Assembly (NCBI RefSeq): GCF_000372725.1
Contig: NW_005201912.1
Span: 182,530 to 202,529, forward strand
Direction of reading: 5' to 3'
Origin: Emiliania huxleyi CCMP1516
Lineage: Eukaryota
Length of the DNA stretch: 20,000 nucleotides
The notes beneath the pieces are model-generated. The model was given only the letters and a program-made list of their open reading frames with translations, searched no databases and had not been told where the DNA came from. The stretch's first letter is position 1, and each line of letters opens with the position of its first letter. Of the stretch, positions 9,892 to 16,636 are shown one piece after another. Made by a program: the position numbers and the translations under genes.

Positions 9892-10944
9892 TCACCGGTC
9901 CTGCCCGCCCGCGGCCGCACTCCGCGCGGGCGGCGGCCACGAGTCGGCGGCCGACATCTCGAGCAGCCGCGACGCCGCTCGCCGCTGCGCAAAGGCGGCG
10001 TCCTGCAGCCCGTTGAGCGCCGCCATCGAGACGCCCATGAGCCCGGTGGCGGACCACTCGGTCCCGTCCCCCATCCACCTGTCCACACGCGGGCAGGCGT
10101 GAGGAGGCGCCGTCCTCAGCCCCTCTGCTCGCGCCCCCCCCCAGGCACGTCGAGGTGAGCCCCGCAGACGCTCCGCCGAAGCCGCGCACAGACGTCGCGG
10201 CGGGCACCGGGTCGGCCTGAGCGTACGTGGACAGGCTGCCGAGGGAGGCTCGCATTCCCTCCTCGTGCATGCCGGAGAAGAGCTGCGGCAGCGGCACCGC
10301 CGACGAGAGGTGCAGCTCCTGCTCACAGGAAGAGGCGTGAAGAGACGCCGTCCACGTCCACGGGCTGGCGGCGAGAGGAGGGAGCTCCTTGCCCTGGTCG
10401 TACCACACGTCGATCAGCGTGATGAAGCGCCTCGCCGCGTTGTGGTCCTCGGGCGTGAGCGCAGGCACCCCCTCCACCGCGAGCAGCTCGTACCTGCTCG
10501 CAGCGCGCGACCCCTCCGCCTGTGAACAGCGTCTCCTCGCCCCCTCGGACCGCGAGCAAGCCCGCACCGCCTCGCCAGCTCGAGGTAGTCTGCGGCGCCG
10601 AGCGCGCTCCCGCAGAGCGTCGCGAAGCTCACCACGCACCCCACCCGGTTGGCGAGTGGCAGGTCGAGGCCGCGCCGCCCGCTCTCGCCGAGCGGCAGCC
10701 GCACGCGGCCCAGCGCGCCGCCACGCGCCTCGAAGGACCGCCGGATCGCCGCCGCCGCCGCCCCGTCCGCAGGCCAGTGGTAGCGCGCGCCGCCGGCGGC
10801 AGCCTCCGCGCCGTCGCCGCTGACGTCACCGCCGACGGCGCTGGCCTCGGCCTTGCGCCTCGTTCCTTGGTCCGCGCGGCGGGCGCGGTAGTCTGTGTCG
10901 CCCTCCGCCTGAGAGGGCGCCGTCAAAAGGGCGCGCGTACGAGT

Positions 10945-10977
<33 letters not shown>

Positions 10978-11707
10978 GTAGAGGCAGTGATTATGGTAGA
11001 GTGCTGGCGGCGGCAGCGAGGGCGGTGGCAGCGAGAGCGGTGGTGCGAGGCGGTTATCGAAGCGGTAGCGGTGGCGGCAGCGGTGGCGGCAGCGGTGGCG
11101 GACGCGCCTGCAGCTCGTGCACGACGACGCCGCGCCGCCCGAGCATCTCGCAAAAGCCGGGGATGTAGACGTGCCGGTTGAGCCCGTTCCAGTACAGCTC
11201 CTCCGGCCGCCGGTTTGATGTCGTCACGACGGCAGCACCGCCGCTCACGCAACCCTCGAGCAGGCGCGTGACAATGGCGGCGTCGGCGATGTCGGTGAGC
11301 GCCATCTCGTCAAGGCAGACGAGGGACGCCTCGGCGGCGAGGTCGGCGCCAATCTCAGGCGGCGCCCGTTTCTTGTGCATCTGTCGGTGCGCGTGCTCCA
11401 TCAGTTCGTGAAAGTGCAGCCGGCGGCAGCTGGCGCCCGCACCGCGGCAGCTCTGCAGCAGCAGGTCCATGAGCGCGGTCTTGCCGCTGCCGACCGGGCC
11501 GTGCAGGTACACGCCAGCGGGACCGGCGGCGGTGTGCGCGGTCGACACCCGTGCGTAGACCTTTTCGAGGTGGTCTAGCGCCGCAAGCTGCATCGGGTCC
11601 GGTCGGAAATAACCAGACGAGGTGGCGGCGTCGTAGCCGGCGCGCGGGCCGCCGGCGGAGTGGCAGGCGCGCACGAGGACGCGCAGGCCGTTGGTTGGCC
11701 GCAACAT
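9892..11707 (-). CDS. AFG1: AFG1/LACE1/ZapE-family ATPase, probably mitochondrial
   Basis: Exons 11707-11108, 10908-10568, 10493-10388, 10318-10149, 10078-9892 (the third intron is uncertain). Motifs: DPMQ, Walker A GVYLHGPVGSGKT, RRLHFHELM, Walker B LVCLDE..TDIADA, TSNRRPEELYWNGLNR, SFATLCGSALGAADY, ARRFITLIDVWYD, FAQRRAASRLLEM. The N-terminus is Arg-rich and presequence-like. Confidence 0.93.
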
Positions 11708-12343
11708 GTTTGCGAGGGGCTGTGCCACGCGGCGGCGTCGGGCGGGGACGGAGGGCGAGCGCGGGGAGTGCCGGCCAGGGCAGCCTGTGGCTCCTTCCAC
11801 TTTTTGCCCGCGCGGCAAAAGAGCAAAACAAACAAGAGAGAGAATTTTAGAACCCGTCCAACCCAGCCTCACGACACCTCGCACCAAAGAGGAGGCACCC
11901 TAAGGGGACCCCAGCGCCAACATCATCGGTGGAGGTAAAAGTGTTCGAAGAGAGAGTGGACCTGAGCAACGATATGACTTGGCGGCAAATGATCGCAGTG
12001 GGCGTCAGAAGAGTCGTCCTTGCGACAACAAAACAAATGCTAAAAATCTCTCTCTCTCCTTGCGCGAGGAGAGCTCGATAAACTCGAGGGGCCAAAATGT
12101 GCCGCCAGGAGGGCAGAGTTGCGCCGAAAGGCGGGAGAAGCCGCGAGAGCAAGGGATCGGCAGGCGGCGGCGGCGTCGCGGATGAGGCAGACGAGCGAGA
12201 GCGACGCGACAGAGGAGGAAGCGACAGGATGGAGAACGACGAGAGTGGGACGACCGCGAGGTGGCATGAAGGTTGCAGCGAGAATCGGCGAGGGACTGCG
12301 AAGGGAGATAGAAAGAGGCAGACGACCAAGGGTTAGGGTGGGC

Positions 12344-12443
12344 GACGGCTAGCACCACACTCCTCTCCTTAAAATCCCTGTGTGGTGGCGGCGTGCCGTC
12401 CTCCCATCCCTCCCCTGGGTTGTCTGTTTTCTTTCTTTCTTTA
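12344..12443 (-). repeat. Third, inverted copy of the ~95-bp dispersed repeat
   Basis: The reverse complement reads TAAAGAAAGAAAGAAAACAGACAACCCAGGGGAGGGATGGGAGGACGGCACGCCGCCACCACACAGGGATTTTAAGGAGAGGAGTGTGGTGCTAGCCGTC, near-identical to the copies at 5939-6134. Confidence 0.9.
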
Positions 12444-12573
12444 TATAGGCTGCAACCTACGGGAGAACGGGGCGGGATCTTTTCTTCTTTCTGCGTTCCT
12501 GGGCGGGGATCCCATCCATCCGGGCGTTTCAGGCTATCTCTCCGACACGCGCGGCTACCTGGTCTGAGCGGCA

Positions 12574-12705
12574 CTGAGGAGGGTGTAGAGGATGTAGAGT
12601 GTAGAGCGCTATGTAGAGCTGTAGAGTGTAGAGCGCTCTGGAGCGCTATAGTGTATAGAGCTGTAAGAGCTCTACATCCCGGCGCCTCCGACCTGCCCTC
12701 CTCAG
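12574..12705. repeat. Degenerate TGTAGAG array enclosed by nested short inverted repeats
   Basis: Multiple TGTAGAG/TATAGAG units at 12584-12670. CTGAGGAGGG (12574-12583) pairs with CCCTCCTCAG (12696-12705), and GGATGTAGAG (12590-12599) pairs with CTCTACATCC (12670-12679). Confidence 0.7.
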
Positions 12706-12821
12706 GTCCGGCTACGCAAAAAAGACGCCACCTAGATCGAGAATTAACAACAAATCCCGCCCAACGTTGTCGAAGCTCGGCGAGCCCAAACTGGATGAGC
12801 AGGTGACGTCGCTCGGCCGAT

Positions 12822-13028
12822 ATGAAGAGTGTCCTGGTTTTGCTGCTGATCCTCGTGAGTGTCGGGCTCTCGTCGGCCCTAGCGTTGCCCCTTGACTATT
12901 TGCAGTCGGCAAAGGCCCCGCCCTCGAAGCCACGCTCAGCTCAGCTCGCCAAGCGGAGCGCTTTACGTCGGTCACTGAAAAACCCGTCGACCAGATCGGC
13001 GAAAGCCACTCGTGCTTTGCACCCGTGA
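12822..13028 (+). CDS. Possible small secreted basic peptide (68 aa)
   Basis: MKSVLVLLLILVSVGLSSALA looks like a classical signal peptide and is followed by a Lys/Arg/Ser/Ala-rich tail. No family recognised; it may be a chance ORF. Confidence 0.3.
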   Translation: MKSVLVLLLILVSVGLSSALALPLDYLQSAKAPPSKPRSAQLAKRSALRRSLKNPSTRSAKATRALHP

Positions 13029-13399
13029 TCGAGGCGCCGGCAACGCGGCCGCGCCTTCGACTCCGCAACGAGAACCCGACCGCCGTTCAGATTTCGCGAG
13101 CTGATCACCTGCATCTCTCAGGCTCGCGCGGCTTCGCCTTCGAGCGCAGCCAACATGCTCATGTCATCCAAGGCCTGCCGACACGCCCCATACCATGCAA
13201 GCCACCATGCTGAGCCTTCTTCCGGCCGACTCTTACACACCTCCTTCTCTTTCTGTGTGCCACACGGACTTCGTCACTTGTCGGTGAGAGACTCTGATCG
13301 AGACGTCCGGGTCCGGTGTGCTCGCTGTGGCACGCCTTTTGCACACTCGACATAAATAAATACAGCCAACAATTTTCTACAGCTCCGGCCTATTCTACC

Positions 13400-14264
13400 T
13401 CCTCCCTCGCCGCTGCGTGACCACTCGTGGGGCGACACCGCGATCGACTCGTTCGTCCACGCCCACACCTGTGCCACATGGCGCGGCCGAGGTCAGTGTA
13501 GGCCTCGCGGCCGTGCGCCGTCAGGAAGTTGTCCACCAACACACACTCGCCCTCCTCGAGCCGGAAGCGAGCCGCCGTCGGCGGTCTCGGCGGCCACAGC
13601 GCGGAGAAAATGCATCACGGTCTGCATGTCAAGGTCCGGCCTGAGCGATGTCGGCAGCGGGCGCACGGGCGGCGTTTCCTCGGTCTCGAGAGCCGCCAGC
13701 AGGGCGTCGGCGTCGGAGAAGGAGGAGATTCGGATCGCCGGCCTTTGGTTGGCGATAGGATTTGGAACGACGAACCGCTCGACGCGATCGGTCGGTGCTG
13801 ACGCCGCATGTTCCGACTGCTGTGCCTGCGTGCGATCGGTGCTGTTGTCGCTGAGCCGGTCGTAGTCCGGCGGCAGTTGGATGCGTTGCACGATCGAGAG
13901 GCGATCGATGTGCTTCCGGTGCTCTGCAGGCATGCGGCGGACGGCGGCGCGCAGGCTCGTGAGGAATGACTCACCCGGAGACGGCCTGCGCGCACAGAGC
14001 ATGAAGAAGTCTGGCGCCTCGTACGGCTCAACGCGATACTGCACGATGGTGTCAACGTGCGCTCATGTCAACGCCGGTGAGTATGGAGGCGCCAAGCTCC
14101 CGTGCGAGCTCAAAGGCCTTGCCGGGGTCGCCGGTACGCTCCGGGAGGCCGGATGGTGCGAGAGAGCGGAGCTGCAGGCCCCTGCTCGGAACACCATGTT
14201 TGCTGCACACGGCCAACACGGCGACGACCGCCACGATCGAAGACGTCCAGCAGATGGGCCGCAT
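13400..14264 (-). pseudogene. Frameshifted TauD/TfdA-like Fe(II)/2-oxoglutarate dioxygenase (3' end approximate)
   Basis: Four segments separated by three frame changes assemble the fold: a hydrophobic N-terminus from ATG 14264; HVD...PDFFMLCARRPSPGESFL (HxD at 14059-14051); ARFRLEEGECVLVDNFLTAHGREAYTDLGRAMW (13572-13474); then QVWAWTNE. Frame changes fall at about 14060, 13579 and 13472. Confidence 0.75.
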
Positions 14265-14390
14265 CCTCGTTGTCTCTGCGTCTAGTAGTCGCTGTCCACA
14301 CACCCCAAAATTGAAGTCGACCGCCCAAATTTGTCCCCCCCCCCCCTCCCCCCCCAAACTCTAAACCACCATAAACTACAGGCTGCAAAC

Positions 14391-14661
14391 GACGTGTGAG
14401 TGTTAGAGTTGTTTGGAATTGCTAAAAATCTCTCTCTGAGGGGGTCGGCCCCCCCTAGACTGAAAACAAAAACAAGCTCGAAAGCAGCCAAAATCGGCCT
14501 GCGAGAGAGGCACTGCGCGCCGCTGACCTCATGTGGGGATGTGTATGTGTGCCGACACCAACTCTAACACTCAAATCTCTCTCTCCGACACCAATACAAC
14601 AAAAACAGGCCCCAAATGACGTGTGAGTGTTAGAGTTGTTTGGTATTGCTAAAAATCTCTC
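14391..14661. repeat. 44-bp direct repeat (14391-14434, 14618-14661) with an inverted partial copy at 14559-14573
   Basis: GACGTGTGAGTGTTAGAGTTGTTTGG(A/T)ATTGCTAAAAATCTCTC occurs twice with one mismatch. CAACTCTAACACTCA between the copies is the reverse complement of the core. Confidence 0.9.
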
Positions 14662-15125
14662 CCAATACAGATCTAAAACCTGGAAACCCTTGTTGCGCAG
14701 CGGCGCCGCCAGGCGCCCGCCCCGGCGGTTCACTTCTTTTTTGTGTTGCGTTGTTGAATGGTGCGTGCTGTGAGAGACCCCCTAGTGTGAGTGAGTGAGT
14801 ATTCTTGATACGAAACCACGACGACACACACCAGTCGACTCGCATCGGTTGCCTCCATGAACGGCGGAGCCATTCTCGCGCCCACACCACACCTGGCTCC
14901 AACGTGGACACGCCCATAGCTGGGGACACTACTAGGTCACGCATGGCATCAGAAGTTTTGTCTCTGGGCCCCGAAAGGCATCTCTAGCAGTGTCGTTACG
15001 CATGCCCCCTCCCCTCCTGGGCGCATGCGCCTCACGTCTCGCCAGAGCATAAGCCCTTGGCGTGTGGCGAGACGAGTTTTTCGCCATGCAGCGAGCAGCA
15101 AGCCGCCCGCCGCAAGCAGCCGGAG

Positions 15126-15126
<1 letters not shown>

Positions 15127-15156
<30 letters not shown>
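15127..15156. repeat. (CA)n microsatellite
   Basis: About 15 CA units. Confidence 0.95.
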
Positions 15157-15159
<3 letters not shown>

Positions 15160-15298
15160 AGACCCCCTACCCGCATGGTAAAATTCTTTCATTTTGTTCT
15201 AAGATTCTTTCATTCGTCAAGACGCCGTGGAACGGTGGAGGCTCCACTACCCGGGTACGGAGTAGTCGCAAAACTCGTCTGCTCGCAGCCTACCGATC

Positions 15299-16465
15299 AT
15301 GCGCTCCGCCGCCGCGGTCGAGGGCATCTCCCTGCTCAAGTCGGGCTGCGTGGCTGTAAAGTTTGGGGAGCAGGGCACGCCGCACGCCACCACCTTCACT
15401 CTGTCGCTGGACGAGCGCACGCTCTCATGGGCGGCGCGCGGCGTCGTGTCCGGTTTGTTGCCGAGATCGCGCGCCGTCGAGCTGCGACACGTCTCACGCC
15501 TGCTCGTTGGGAGAGAGAGTGAAGTCTTCAAACGCTACCGCGGCCGCCTCTCGGCGCCGGGTCGCGACCACCTCTCCCTGTCGCTGCGCTTCCACGAGGG
15601 CGGCAGCGGCGCGTCGGCCTCGTCCTCTCCGCCAGCGCAGTACAAGGTCCGTGGAGGCATCGGCCCTGCAGGCGGAGGCGTCGAGCCCGGCAGCCGGCGC
15701 GAGTCGCTCGACGTCTCCTTCGACGACGAGGTCACCTTTGGCCTCTGGGTGGCGGCGCTCCGCGCCCTGCTCCCTCCCGCTGCCCTGTGCACCGACCGGG
15801 ACTCCGCCGCCCACTCCGCCATCCACTCCGCCGCCCCGGCGCCCACGCCCATCTTCGGGGAGGGACGGCCCGGAGGATTGCCACCGCCGCCACCACCGCC
15901 GCCACCACCGCCGCCGCAGCAGCCGCAGGAGGGGCGGGTCTTTGACGACCCCTGGAGTGCTCAGCCCGCCGGCACGGCCTTTGGGCTCGGCACAGCCTAT
16001 GACAACCCGTGGGGGTCCACGGCGTCGGGGGCGGGCGGCGGCGCGGGCGGCGGCGGTGCCGATGGCCACGCAGCACCTGCGCACACGCCGTCGCCGCCGC
16101 CAGACTTGCTTGGGGCGAGCCTCGACGATCTGTTTGGCGGCGGCGCCGCGGCGTCGGCGGCGCCGGTGCTCTCGCAGCCGACCCCGCCCTCCACGGCACA
16201 GCCGACCCCGTCCTCTGGCGACCCATGGGCTGCCTTCGGCGCTGCTCCTTCGGCTTCGCTAGCAGGGGGCGGGTTTGCGGCCGCAGCGGCTTCGGGCGCT
16301 GCTAACCCGTTCGACACGAGCGGCGACCCGTGGTCCGCGTGCGCTGCGCCGGCGTCACCATCGGTGCCGCCTCTCTCTGCGGCGGGCGGGGATGATCTGC
16401 TTGATCCCTTTGGGAGGCTTGATGTGGGGCAAGCCGCGGGGGCCACAAACCCTTTTCAGAGATGA
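15299..16465 (+). CDS. PH-domain protein with polyproline and DPW/NPF endocytic motifs
   Basis: The N-terminus LLKSGCVAVKFGEQGTPH..FTLSLDERTLSW...VELRHVSRLLVGRESEVFKRY...LSLSL...SLDV...TFGLWVAALRAL resembles PLC/Mcp5/PRAF-type PH domains. It is followed by about 12 Pro and a disordered tail with DPW x3, NPW, DPF and NPF x2. Single uninterrupted ORF. Confidence 0.85.
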   Translation: MRSAAAVEGISLLKSGCVAVKFGEQGTPHATTFTLSLDERTLSWAARGVVSGLLPRSRAVELRHVSRLLVGRESEVFKRYRGRLSAPGRDHLSLSLRFHEGGSGASASSSPPAQYKVRGGIGPAGGGVEPGSRRESLDVSFDDEVTFGLWVAALRALLPPAALCTDRDSAAHSAIHSAAPAPTPIFGEGRPGGLPPPPPPPPPPPPQQPQEGRVFDDPWSAQPAGTAFGLGTAYDNPWGSTASGAGGGAGGGGADGHAAPAHTPSPPPDLLGASLDDLFGGGAAASAAPVLSQPTPPSTAQPTPSSGDPWAAFGAAPSASLAGGGFAAAAASGAANPFDTSGDPWSACAAPASPSVPPLSAAGGDDLLDPFGRLDVGQAAGATNPFQR

Positions 16466-16636
16466 CGCCGATGTCCATGTCGGATTAGAGTACTGAGGGA
16501 GAGACGTACACACACACGTAAGAGGGTAAGCTATCACGTACCGCGAGATCGGAGATGACGACTCAAAACTGAAAACTCAGTCACAAAAGCACTTGTAGAG
16601 AGAGACAGAAGTGTGTACGAGCCGCCGTGACCCGTG

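Noticed and set aside
11900..12330. Short ORFs in the purine-rich region upstream of AFG1
   Set aside because: Low-complexity translations with no family signal or consistent splice pattern.
12329..12339. Telomere-like AGGGTTAGGGT (also TAGGGTTAG near 533-541)
   Set aside because: Fewer than two full units, which is expected by chance.
5939..12443. Composite transposon carrying the hydrolase and AFG1 between inverted repeat copies
   Set aside because: No transposase or target-site duplication is seen, the cargo is ordinary intron-containing genes, and independent insertions explain the copies more simply.
14391..14661. CRISPR-like repeat-spacer array
   Set aside because: Only two copies 227 bp apart, eukaryotic context, and no cas genes.
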